Origin: an uncultured Acidobacteriota bacterium
Lineage (GTDB): Bacteria > Acidobacteriota > Polarisedimenticolia > J045
Direction of reading: 5' to 3'
NCBI GenBank assembly: GCA_963702425.1
Contig: CAVPCQ010000011.1
Location: 1 to 64,000, forward strand
Length of the DNA stretch: 64,000 nt
Part shown: positions 8,947 to 17,817 of the stretch, one piece after another
How positions within the stretch are numbered: position 1 is the first letter of the stretch
Layout of the letters: every line of letters begins with the position of its first letter
Notes under the pieces: model-generated
What the model was told of the DNA's origin: nothing
The model's database searches: none
What the model saw: only the letters and a program-made list of their open reading frames with translations
Position numbers and translations under genes: made by a program

Positions 8947-10656
8947 TCGGGTTCCGGGCGGGTCGGCGTTGCGCAGGCTCTTGCGGAAGCCGTACAGGGC
9001 GTAGATCACGAGCCCCAGCAGCAGCCAGATGATGAACCGCTCCCAGGCGGTCTCCGGCAGGCTCAGCATCAGCGCCCCGCAGAGCAGGATCCCCAGCGCC
9101 GGGAGGATGTGCCGGCGCAGCAGCAGGAAGAACGCCACCAGGAGCGGCCACTGCAGCCACCACGGCAGCAGCGACCAGCCGTGGAGAACCTGGGCCTCGA
9201 CCGCGTGCATCGTCCAGACCAGCGCCTTGATCGGCCAGAGCACGGCCGCCAGCGACGACGGCGGCGATGGGAAGGGGCCGACCCCGGCCAGGGCGTTCGG
9301 GCCGATCTCCGGCCACGGGACCATGGTGTTGATCAGCAGCGCCACCGCGAGCACGGCCAGTGCGATCAACCAGCCACCCGGCACGCGGAACGGCCGCGGC
9401 CGCCCTGGATCGGTCCTCCGCAGCAGGATCACTCCCGCGCAGACGATGATGAATGCGAACAGCGTGCCGATCGAGCAGAGCTCGGCCACCACGCCGATCG
9501 GCAGCAGGGCCGCGCCGACGCAGACGACGATGCCGGTCAGGATCGTCGTGACGTAGGGCGTCCGGAAGCGCGGGTGGACATGCGACAGCGCCGGGGGGAG
9601 CAGGCCGTCGCGCGACATCGCGAAGAGAATGCGCGGCTGCCCGAGCAGGAGTACCAGCAGCACGCTCGTGATCCCGGCGATCGCACCCAGACTGATGATC
9701 GCGGAGGCCCAGGGCATCTGCAGCACGTCGAGCACGTGCGCCACCGGGTCGGCGACGCCGAGCTCCTTGTAAGAAACGGTCCCGGTCATGATCGCGGCCA
9801 CCGCCATGTAGAGCACCGTCGCCACCGCCAGCGACGTCAGGATGCCGAAGGGCATGTCCTTCTGCGGGTGGACCGCCTCCTCGGCCGCGGTCGAGACCGC
9901 GTCGAAGCCGACGTAGGCCAGGAAGACGATCGCTGCCGCCGTCATCACCCCGCCGAATCCGAACGGCAGGAACGGGGTCCAGTTCGACGGCTTCACGTAC
10001 CAGACCGTGAGCAGGATGAAGAGCAGGATCACGGCCAGCTTGACGACCACGATCGTGACGTTGACGCGCGAGCTTTCCTTGATGCCGCGGACCAGGAGCC
10101 AGGTGAGGAACGCCACGATGAAGACCGCGGGCAGGTTGATCCAGGCACCGGTCATCTCGAAGCGCGCGGCCGCGGCGTTCCAAGCCAGGGGCGCGCTGGC
10201 GATCGTCGGCGGGATCACGACGCCCAGCCCGCCGAGGAGGTTGTTGACGAGGTTGACGAAGTAGGCCGACCAGCCGATCGAGACGAGGCAGGCCGCGACC
10301 ATGTACTCGAGGATCAGGTCCCATCCGATGATCCAGGCCGGCAGCTCGCCGAGTGCGGCGTAGCCGTAGGTGTAGGCCGAACCCGAGACCGGGATCATCG
10401 CCGCCAGCTCGGCGTAGCACAGCGCGGCGCAGGCGCAGGCCAGGGCCGCCAGCGCGAACGACAGGATGATCCCGGGGCCGGCGTGATTCGCCGCCTCGAT
10501 TCCCGGCAACACGAAGATCCCGACGCCGATGATGCAGCCGATGCCGAGCGCGCAGAGATCCCACGGGCCGAGCGTCTTTTTCAGGCGGTGGCCTTCCTCG
10601 GCCGTGTCGCCGAGCAACAGGGAGAGCGGCTTGCAGCGGAAGAGCACGTGGCGCAT
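8944..10656 (-). CDS. APC-family amino acid permease
   Basis: [48 protein letters not shown]. Start [10 protein letters not shown] at 10656. Confidence 0.94.
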   Translation of the reverse strand: MRHVLFRCKPLSLLLGDTAEEGHRLKKTLGPWDLCALGIGCIIGVGIFVLPGIEAANHAGPGIILSFALAALACACAALCYAELAAMIPVSGSAYTYGYAALGELPAWIIGWDLILEYMVAACLVSIGWSAYFVNLVNNLLGGLGVVIPPTIASAPLAWNAAAARFEMTGAWINLPAVFIVAFLTWLLVRGIKESSRVNVTIVVVKLAVILLFILLTVWYVKPSNWTPFLPFGFGGVMTAAAIVFLAYVGFDAVSTAAEEAVHPQKDMPFGILTSLAVATVLYMAVAAIMTGTVSYKELGVADPVAHVLDVLQMPWASAIISLGAIAGITSVLLVLLLGQPRILFAMSRDGLLPPALSHVHPRFRTPYVTTILTGIVVCVGAALLPIGVVAELCSIGTLFAFIIVCAGVILLRRTDPGRPRPFRVPGGWLIALAVLAVALLINTMVPWPEIGPNALAGVGPFPSPPSSLAAVLWPIKALVWTMHAVEAQVLHGWSLLPWWLQWPLLVAFFLLLRRHILPALGILLCGALMLSLPETAWERFIIWLLLGLVIYALYGFRKSLRNADPPGTR

Positions 10657-10679
10657 CGCGTCGTCTCCGGACTTCGGGC

Positions 10680-10788
10680 GGGCCGGCACGGAGGCCGGCC
10701 CCTACGGTGTCCGTCTTGTAGGGGCCGCCCTCTGTGGCGGCCCGATCAAGCGCCCCGATTTCGGGCCGGCACAGAGGCCGGCCCCTAC
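10680..10788. repeat. Cluster of three alternating-orientation REP-like palindromes (BIME-like)
   Basis: GGGCCGGCACGGAGGCCGGCCCCTAC (10680-10705), GTAGGGGCCGCCCTCTGTGGCGGCCC (10718-10743), GGGCCGGCACAGAGGCCGGCCCCTAC (10763-10788). Confidence 0.8.
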
Positions 10789-11747
10789 ATTTTCATGATC
10801 AGCTCGATCTTCTTCGGGTCGTCGGGAAGAAGGCCCACCTTCGGGAGACGCGGCACGAGCGTCTTCCAGCGCGGGTCCTTCCGGAAGACCTCGGCGAACA
10901 GCGGCAGCGCCCGCTCCTCCTGGCCGGTCGAGAAGAGCGTCACCGCCACCCAGAACGGCATCTCGGTGACCTGCGGTGCGCGCTTCATCCCCTCGCTGTA
11001 CTTCGCCAGCGCGGCGTCGGTCTTCCCGGCGGCCAGCAGCGCGTCGCCGTCGTTCATCGCGTCGTAGGCCAGGTCCAGCTCGTAGAGCCGCCGCAGCTCG
11101 ACCAGCGGCTCGGGGGCATCCTCGACGCGCAGGTCGACGACGCGGTCGTTCCACGGGGTCTTCGATCGCGTCCCCTTGACGACGAGGAGCGCGGCGCTCT
11201 GCTTGCCGCGCACGTCGCCCCCTTCCGCCTGGGCAGCGTCGAGCGCCGCGAGCAGCCGCTCGGCCAGCGGCTTCCCTTTCGAGCCCTCCCAGGACTTCGC
11301 CATCGCCGGCCAGACGGTCGCCCGCTCCATCATGTTGGCCTGCACCGAGAAGCCGTCGCCCTGGACTTGCCCCGCTTCCGGGATGCAGAGCTTGCCGGTC
11401 CAGGCCGCAACGCCTCCCTTCGCATCGACCATCGCGACCTGGCGGGAGTCCTTCTGCGGGTCCTTCGCCAGCAGGATCGCGAGCGCTTCCTTCGCGCTCT
11501 TCCCCTCGCGCAGCAGTCGCAGCCCTTCCGGGCCGTAGCTGACCTCGACCATCGACTGCGTGGCGACGGCGCCGACGCCGGGCTCGGCCCAGGAAACGAC
11601 CGACCCGACCGAGAACCAGTGACTCTGGACCGCCACGCCCAGCTCGCCGGTCGCCGGGTCGCGGGCGACGATCGAGTAGGTGGCGACCGGCCGCACGGGC
11701 GCCGCGAGCGCCGCCGCGGCCGCCAGCAGGACCGGGATCGGTCCCAT
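10785..11747 (-). CDS. DUF1028 family (Ntn-hydrolase-like) secreted protein with C-terminal TPR
   Basis: Signal peptide then TYSIVARDPATGELGVAVQS, GAVATQ, GGDVRGKQSAAL, DLRVED. Start overlaps the ACE stop. Confidence 0.9.
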   Translation of the reverse strand: MGPIPVLLAAAAALAAPVRPVATYSIVARDPATGELGVAVQSHWFSVGSVVSWAEPGVGAVATQSMVEVSYGPEGLRLLREGKSAKEALAILLAKDPQKDSRQVAMVDAKGGVAAWTGKLCIPEAGQVQGDGFSVQANMMERATVWPAMAKSWEGSKGKPLAERLLAALDAAQAEGGDVRGKQSAALLVVKGTRSKTPWNDRVVDLRVEDAPEPLVELRRLYELDLAYDAMNDGDALLAAGKTDAALAKYSEGMKRAPQVTEMPFWVAVTLFSTGQEERALPLFAEVFRKDPRWKTLVPRLPKVGLLPDDPKKIELIMKM

Positions 11748-13600
11748 CACTTCCACCCGCAGGTTCGGCCCTTGTTCTGCTCGTCGAGCCACTTCATCAG
11801 CGGGGCGAAGTAGTCGAGGATCGCGCCGGCATCCATCTGCTTCTGGCCCGTCATCGCGAACAGCGCGTCCTGCCACGGCCGGCTGCGCCCCATTTCCATC
11901 GTCGACCAGAGCTTCTCGCCGGCCGCCTTGCTGTCGTAGATCGAGCAGCGGTGCAGCGGCCCCTTGTATCCTGCGGTTTGGCACAGTGCACGCTGGAACT
12001 GGAACTGCAGCACGTGGGCCAGGAAGTAACGGGTGTACGGCGTGTTGGCCGCGACGTGGTACTTCGCTCCGGGATCGAAGTCGGCCTCGCTGCGCGGCAC
12101 CGGCGGCACGACGCCCTGGTACTTCCGGACCAGCGCCCACCAGGCCTGGTTGTACTGCTCGGGGGTGATCTCGCCGCTGAAGACCTTCCAGCGCCACTGA
12201 TCGACGAGCAGCCCGAACGGCAGGAAGGCGATCTTCTCGAGCGCCTGCCGCATCAGCAGGTCGAGGTCGCCGGCGTCAGCCGGGGCCTTGTCGAGCAGCC
12301 CGACCTTGACCAGGTAGTCCGGCGTCACCGACAGTGCCAGCGTGTCGCCGATCGCCTCGTGGAAGCCGTCGTTGGCGCTGTCGCGGAAGAGCGGCGGCTG
12401 GTTGCGGTAGGCCAGCTGGTAATAGTTGTGGCCCAGCTCGTGGTGGACGGTGGCGAAGTCCTCGTCGTCGATCTTGATGCACATCTTGAGCCGAACGTCC
12501 TCGTCGAAGTCGATGTCCCAGGCGCTGGCGTGGCAGACGACGTCGCGGTCGGCCGGTTTGACGAAGAGCGAGCGCTCCCAGAAGGTCGGCGGCAGCTTCA
12601 TCATCCCGAGCGAGCTGTAGAAGCGCTCGCCGATCCGGACCATTTCGAGCGCGTCGACGTTCTTCTGCTTCAGCAGCGCGGTGACGTCGATTCGCGTCCC
12701 CGTCGGCGGCGGGGCGACGACGTCCCACAGGCCGCCCCACGACTGGGCCCACATGTTCCCCAGCAGGTGCGCCGGGATCGGCTCGCCGTCCGGCACGACC
12801 TGCTTGCCGTACTTGTCCTGCAGCTTGCCGCGGACGTAGCAGTGCAGCCCGTCGTAGAGCGGCTTGACCTGCAGCCAGAGCCGGTCGACCTCCTTGGCGA
12901 ACTCGTCGGGGGACATGTCGTAGCCGGCACGCCAGAGCGCGCCAAGGTCCGGGTAGCCGAGGTCCTTCGCCCCCTGGTTGGCGAGCGTCACGAAGCGGCT
13001 GTAGCGCGCGCGCATCGGCGGGCTGATCGTGCGCCAGCCCTGCCACGCCTCGAGCAGCGCCTTCGGGTCGCGGCTGGTGGCCATCGTCGCCGACAGCACT
13101 TCGAGGTCCTGGCAGGCCTTCTCGTGCTTGCCGGGCGGGCAGTACTTCCCCTTGCCGTAGTCCGACTCGAGGCTGGTCGTGATCTCGGTCAGCTCCTTCC
13201 GCAGCGCCGGGTCGCTCGGCGCGGGGGTCACGATCGAGAGCTTGATCAGCTTGAGCTTGCGCGCGACGTCGGGCGGCAGCGCCAGGCCGTCGAAGCGCGT
13301 CGCCTCGGCGGCGAGGCGCATCGTGCCGGCGATCATCTTCTCGTTGAAGAGCGCCGACAGCGCCTCGGTGTCGTCGGTGATGAAGTTGCTCTGGATCCAC
13401 GAGGCGCGCTGCTGATCGCTCCAGAGCTGCAGCAGCTCGGCCTCGGCGCGCGCGGTAAAGGCCGACGCGTCGGCCGCCGTCGGGGGCCTGGCGGGAGCCG
13501 CGGAGGGAGCGACGGACTGCGCCGCGGCGGGAAGGAGCGCGAGGAGGGCGAGCGCGGGGGCAAAGGCCCCGCGCGCGGGCGGGGAGAGTCGGAAACGCAT
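11747..13600 (-). CDS. M2 family metallopeptidase (peptidyl-dipeptidase A, ACE-like)
   Basis: Signal peptide; HLLGNMWAQSW, VCHASAW, HHELGH (HExxH), GFHEAIGD, FDPGAKYH, PYTRYF. Confidence 0.96.
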   Translation of the reverse strand: MRFRLSPPARGAFAPALALLALLPAAAQSVAPSAAPARPPTAADASAFTARAEAELLQLWSDQQRASWIQSNFITDDTEALSALFNEKMIAGTMRLAAEATRFDGLALPPDVARKLKLIKLSIVTPAPSDPALRKELTEITTSLESDYGKGKYCPPGKHEKACQDLEVLSATMATSRDPKALLEAWQGWRTISPPMRARYSRFVTLANQGAKDLGYPDLGALWRAGYDMSPDEFAKEVDRLWLQVKPLYDGLHCYVRGKLQDKYGKQVVPDGEPIPAHLLGNMWAQSWGGLWDVVAPPPTGTRIDVTALLKQKNVDALEMVRIGERFYSSLGMMKLPPTFWERSLFVKPADRDVVCHASAWDIDFDEDVRLKMCIKIDDEDFATVHHELGHNYYQLAYRNQPPLFRDSANDGFHEAIGDTLALSVTPDYLVKVGLLDKAPADAGDLDLLMRQALEKIAFLPFGLLVDQWRWKVFSGEITPEQYNQAWWALVRKYQGVVPPVPRSEADFDPGAKYHVAANTPYTRYFLAHVLQFQFQRALCQTAGYKGPLHRCSIYDSKAAGEKLWSTMEMGRSRPWQDALFAMTGQKQMDAGAILDYFAPLMKWLDEQNKGRTCGWK

Positions 13601-13743
13601 CGGATCCTCCGCGGCCGGGGCCCGGGGCCCGGCGGCCGGATGGGACGCGCAGTATAAGACCCTCCCCGGCCGTTTCCGGTTCACCCGGGAGGGCACCCCG
13701 TATTACCCTCCCCGCGCCATCCGCCCGCTCCCGGGAGCCGCAC

Positions 13744-15765
13744 CTGAACCCCCGCCCCTCGCCTTTCGCCTCGCTGCCTGCGCGGTTCCTGATCGCGCAC
13801 CGGGGCGTGCCCGCCCGCGCGCCGGAGAGCGGCGCCACGGGGCTCGCGCTGGCCCGCGACGCCGGGGCCCCGGCCGTCGAGATCGACGTTCGGCCGACCC
13901 GGGACGGGCTGCTCGTCGTGCTCCACGACGAGACGCCGCGGCGGCTGACCGGCGAGCGCGCGGCCACCTCGGAACGAACCGCACGGGAGCTGCTGGAGGC
14001 GCCGCTCGTGGCCGAGCCCGGAGAGCGCCTGCTGCTGCTCGACGAGGCGCTGGCGCTGCTTGCCGGGCGGACGCTGCTGGACGTCGAGGTGAAACCCGAC
14101 CGCGGCGCCAGCCCGGACGACCTGGCGGCGCGCGTCGCCGCGGCGCTCGCTCGCGCGGGCGACCCGCCGGTGGTCGTCGTGACCAGCGAGAGCGAGGCGA
14201 TCCTCGCCGCGCTCGCGCGGGCCCTGCCGCAGGTGCCTCGCGGGCTGGTCTTCCGCGCGCTCGACCGGCGCGATCCCCTGGCGGTCGCGCAGCGTACCGG
14301 CTGCTCGCTGCTCGTACCGAGCGCGCGGCGCGTCGGCGAACGGCTGGTCGCGGCCGCCAGCGAGGCCAACCTGGGGATCTGGGCCTACACCGTCAACGAG
14401 GCGGCCGAGGCGCGGCGGCTGTTCGACCTCGGCTGCCACGCGCTCTTCACCGACGACTGGCCGCGCATGCAGCAGGAGGTCCTCGGGCCGGCCGGGACGC
14501 GGACGACCGCCGCGGCCGAGATCGGCCGGCCGCCGCGCCCGTCGATCGCCGTGCTCGACCTCGGTTCGTCCTCGATGAAGGCCGCGCTGGTCGACCCCGC
14601 GGCCGGCGTCGTGGGCACGCTCAGCGTGCCGACGCCGACCTCGTTCCCCGGCCCGGGACTGGTGGAGCACGACCCGCTCGACGTCGCCGACGCGGCCCGG
14701 GCGCTGCTCCTTGCGCTGGCGGAGCGTGCGCCCGGCGTCACGCCCGCGGCGTTCGGTCTGGCCTCGCAGCGCTCGACCGGCCTCTGGGCGAACCGCTCGT
14801 CGCTCACGGCGCTGACGCCGGCCGTCTCGTGGCGCGATCGCCGCGGTGAGGAGGTGATCGCCGAGCTGGCGCCCATGGCGGCCGAACTGGAGGCGATCGC
14901 GCTGCTGCCGCTGGACCGGGCCTGGACCGCCGTCAAGGGACGGGCCCTGCTCGGGCCGCGCCAGCTCGGCTGGGACCAGGTCCTCGCACCGCTCGGCAGT
15001 TGGCTCGGCTCGGTGCTCACCGGCGCGATCCCGCGCGCGGACCCGACGCTCGCCAACCGGATGTTCCTGGTCGATGCGCGCCGCGGGACCTGGTCACCCG
15101 ACCTGCTCGAGGCCTTCGGGCTCACCACGCACGTCCTGCCGCGGCTCGTCCCGACCGTCGACGATCACGGCGCGCTCCCCTGGCCGGGCGGCGGCTCGGT
15201 CCCCTGGACCACGCTCGTCGGCGACCAGCAGGCGGCCTACGTCGGCGCCGTCGGACCGCTCGGCGAACGGCTCGTGCTCAACCTCGGCACCGCCGGCTTC
15301 GCGATGCGCGCCGGCCGGATCGAGGAGCCGCTTCCCCCGGGCGGACGGCGGGCGCCGCTCTGGACCTCGCGCGTCCGCCCGGAGCGGGACGCATGGCTGA
15401 TCGAGGTGCCGGTCGTTGCGCCGGCGGAGAGCGGGCTCGCCGCGCAGACCGTGGACGGCGCGGCACGCGAGCTGGCGCGGCGCGTCGCGTTGGGCGATCC
15501 GGCGCCGGCGGAGTTCGCGCGGCGCGTCGCCGAGGCGTTGCGCGCCTTGTCCGGTCCCGCGCAGCAGACGGTCGCCGTCACCGGCGGCGGGATCGGGAGC
15601 CCGCATCTGCTGACGCTGATCGCCCGCGCCTGGGGCGGCGCGCTGGCGGTGGCGCGTCAGCCGGAAGCGACGCTGCTCGGCGCGGCGCGGCTCGCCGCGG
15701 CCGGCGCGAAGATCCCCTGGTCGCTGCGCCCGGGCGGCGGCTTCCTCCCGTTTCCGGCAGACTGA
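13744..15765 (+). CDS. Glycerophosphodiester phosphodiesterase-FGGY carbohydrate kinase fusion
   Basis: LIAHRG lies in frame upstream of the listed ORF start; probable CTG start at 13744 after GGAG. GDPD motifs EIDV, LHD, DVEVK, YTVN, FTD, then FGGY motifs DLGSSSMKA, VEHDP, SQRST, SWRDRR, GDQQAA. Confidence 0.85.
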   Translation: MNPRPSPFASLPARFLIAHRGVPARAPESGATGLALARDAGAPAVEIDVRPTRDGLLVVLHDETPRRLTGERAATSERTARELLEAPLVAEPGERLLLLDEALALLAGRTLLDVEVKPDRGASPDDLAARVAAALARAGDPPVVVVTSESEAILAALARALPQVPRGLVFRALDRRDPLAVAQRTGCSLLVPSARRVGERLVAAASEANLGIWAYTVNEAAEARRLFDLGCHALFTDDWPRMQQEVLGPAGTRTTAAAEIGRPPRPSIAVLDLGSSSMKAALVDPAAGVVGTLSVPTPTSFPGPGLVEHDPLDVADAARALLLALAERAPGVTPAAFGLASQRSTGLWANRSSLTALTPAVSWRDRRGEEVIAELAPMAAELEAIALLPLDRAWTAVKGRALLGPRQLGWDQVLAPLGSWLGSVLTGAIPRADPTLANRMFLVDARRGTWSPDLLEAFGLTTHVLPRLVPTVDDHGALPWPGGGSVPWTTLVGDQQAAYVGAVGPLGERLVLNLGTAGFAMRAGRIEEPLPPGGRRAPLWTSRVRPERDAWLIEVPVVAPAESGLAAQTVDGAARELARRVALGDPAPAEFARRVAEALRALSGPAQQTVAVTGGGIGSPHLLTLIARAWGGALAVARQPEATLLGAARLAAAGAKIPWSLRPGGGFLPFPAD

Positions 15766-15788
15766 CGCCGTTCCCGCAAGGAGGGTGC

Positions 15789-16784
15789 TTGATCCGCCAC
15801 GACGTGTTCGGGATGTGCAACGCGCTGTACGACGCGCAGGCCGAGGTGGACGACGCGTTCCTGGCCCGGCTCGGCCTGGCCAAGGGAACGATGCAGCTCG
15901 TCGACGAGGCGCGCGAGGCACAGCTCCTGCCGCTGGTCGAACCGCACCTCGTGCACCACGAGGCCGGCGGCTCGGGTGCCAACACGATGATCGGCCTCGC
16001 GCTGCTGGGCGGGCAGGCCTGCTTCACCAGCCGCGTCGGGCCCGACCGCTACGGGACGCTCTACCGCGCCTCGCTGGCGCGGCAGGGGGTGCAGGCCAAC
16101 CTCGGCGCCGGCCGCGGGCGCACCGGCGTGGCGGTGATCCTGATCACCCCCGACGCGCAGCGCACGATCCTGACCTACCTCGGCGACTCGCAGGCGCTCG
16201 AGCGCGCCGACGTCTCGGTCCCCGACATCGAGGCCAGCCGCTGGCTCTACCTGACCGGCTACCTCTGGGACACCGACAGCCAGAAGGACGCTTTCCTCTT
16301 TGCGCTCGACGCCGCGCGGCGGGCCGGCGTCAAGGTCGCGTTCAACCTGTCCGACCCGTTCTGCGTGAACCGCCACCTCGACGACTTCCGACGCCTCGTC
16401 GGGCTCGAGGGCGGGCCCGGCGTCGATCTCGTCGTCGGCAATGCCGAGGAGGCCAGGATGCTGACCGGCGAGCGCGACGCCGGGGCGGCGGCCCGCGTGC
16501 TCGCGGCGCGGAGCGGTCTCGCCGCGGTCACCCGGGACGCCGTGGGATCGGTGATCGACGACGGCCGCGAAGCGCACGCGATCCCGGCTTTCGCGGTCAG
16601 GGCAGTCGATACGACCGGTGCCGGCGACATGTTCGCGGCCGGGCTGCTCTACGGGTTGACGCACGGGCTGGCGCTGCCGGCCGCGGGACGCGTCGGCTCT
16701 TACGCGGCGGCGCAGGTCGTGGCCAAGCTGGGCCCGCGGCTCGAGTCGATCGATCGCGAGGCAGTCGAGAAGCTGTCTCGTTAG
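15789..16784 (+). CDS. PfkB-family (adenosine/inosine kinase-like) kinase
   Basis: TTG start after GGAGG; GMCNALYD, GGSGANT, PDAQRT, DTTGAGDMFAAG. Confidence 0.92.
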   Translation: MIRHDVFGMCNALYDAQAEVDDAFLARLGLAKGTMQLVDEAREAQLLPLVEPHLVHHEAGGSGANTMIGLALLGGQACFTSRVGPDRYGTLYRASLARQGVQANLGAGRGRTGVAVILITPDAQRTILTYLGDSQALERADVSVPDIEASRWLYLTGYLWDTDSQKDAFLFALDAARRAGVKVAFNLSDPFCVNRHLDDFRRLVGLEGGPGVDLVVGNAEEARMLTGERDAGAAARVLAARSGLAAVTRDAVGSVIDDGREAHAIPAFAVRAVDTTGAGDMFAAGLLYGLTHGLALPAAGRVGSYAAAQVVAKLGPRLESIDREAVEKLSR

Positions 16785-16920
16785 TCCGCCGCGCGCGGCG
16801 CGGCGCACGCTGGACGGCACCCGCTGCGCCGCGCGACTCGCGCACCGCATCGCGTCGCCCTGGGAACTTCCGCTGCCTTCGGCGGTCTCTCACACTGGAG
16901 ACACAATCTGGAGGTGGCCC

Positions 16921-17676
16921 ATGTTCGAGTACGCGCTCACCTCGACCGCCGATCGGACCCGCTCCGCCTGGTCCCTGCCGATCGCCGCCGCCCTCCACCT
17001 GGCCGCCGGCCTGCTCGTCGTGGCGGCCTCGTACGTCACCCTCGGCGTGCTGCCCGGCCCGGAGCTTCCGGACGAGATCGTCCTGCTCCTCCCCGCACCG
17101 CCTCCCGCGGGACCGGCGGGGCCGAAGCCCCCACGTGCGCCGCAGGTCGCGGCGCCGGCGCGGCGCGACCCGCAGGAGCTGACCCAGCCGACCGCGGTCC
17201 CCGATCGCGCTCCCGCGGCCGAGCCGGCGCCGGCGCCGGACGAACCCGTCGACGAACCGACGGCGGGCGATTTCGAAGGCGTTCCCGGCGGCGTCGAGGA
17301 CGGTGTCTCGGGCGGCTTCGGCCCGGGGGGCCCGGGCTCGATCCTCGGCCCAACCGCAGGCGGCCCTGAAGCATCCCTGGCGACCGACGAGCCGCTCGCG
17401 ATCGGGGGAGCGGTTCAGGCCCCGGTGCTGATCCGGCGCGTCCGCCCCGACTACCCGCTCACCGCCAAGCTGGCGCGCGTCCAGGGACGCGTGGTGCTCC
17501 GGGCGGTGATCAGCGACTCCGGCGCGATCGAAGACGTGACGGTCGCCGAGGGGAACCCGCTGCTCGTGCCGGCTGCGTCCGAGGCGGTGGCGGCGTGGCG
17601 CTACCGCCCCGCCACGCTGGGCGGTCGGCCGGTTCGCGTCTGGATCCTGGTGACCGTGCACTTCACGCTCGAATGA
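16921..17676 (+). CDS. TonB-family energy transducer
   Basis: N-terminal TM with His, Pro-rich linker, GVPGGVEDGV, C-terminal PDYP...ARVQGRVVL...WRYRPA. Confidence 0.9.
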   Translation: MFEYALTSTADRTRSAWSLPIAAALHLAAGLLVVAASYVTLGVLPGPELPDEIVLLLPAPPPAGPAGPKPPRAPQVAAPARRDPQELTQPTAVPDRAPAAEPAPAPDEPVDEPTAGDFEGVPGGVEDGVSGGFGPGGPGSILGPTAGGPEASLATDEPLAIGGAVQAPVLIRRVRPDYPLTAKLARVQGRVVLRAVISDSGAIEDVTVAEGNPLLVPAASEAVAAWRYRPATLGGRPVRVWILVTVHFTLE

Positions 17677-17817
17677 CCGCGGCACGGCTGAGGAACTCCT
17701 TGCACAGAGCGGAATAACACTGTAAAGAGTCCCGGTTTGTCGCATCGAATGGGGGGCTCGGCGCGGGTTAGCCGGTCGCAGCGACCCGCGGCGGTGGCGA
17801 CGAGGCGGGGAGGGCGA

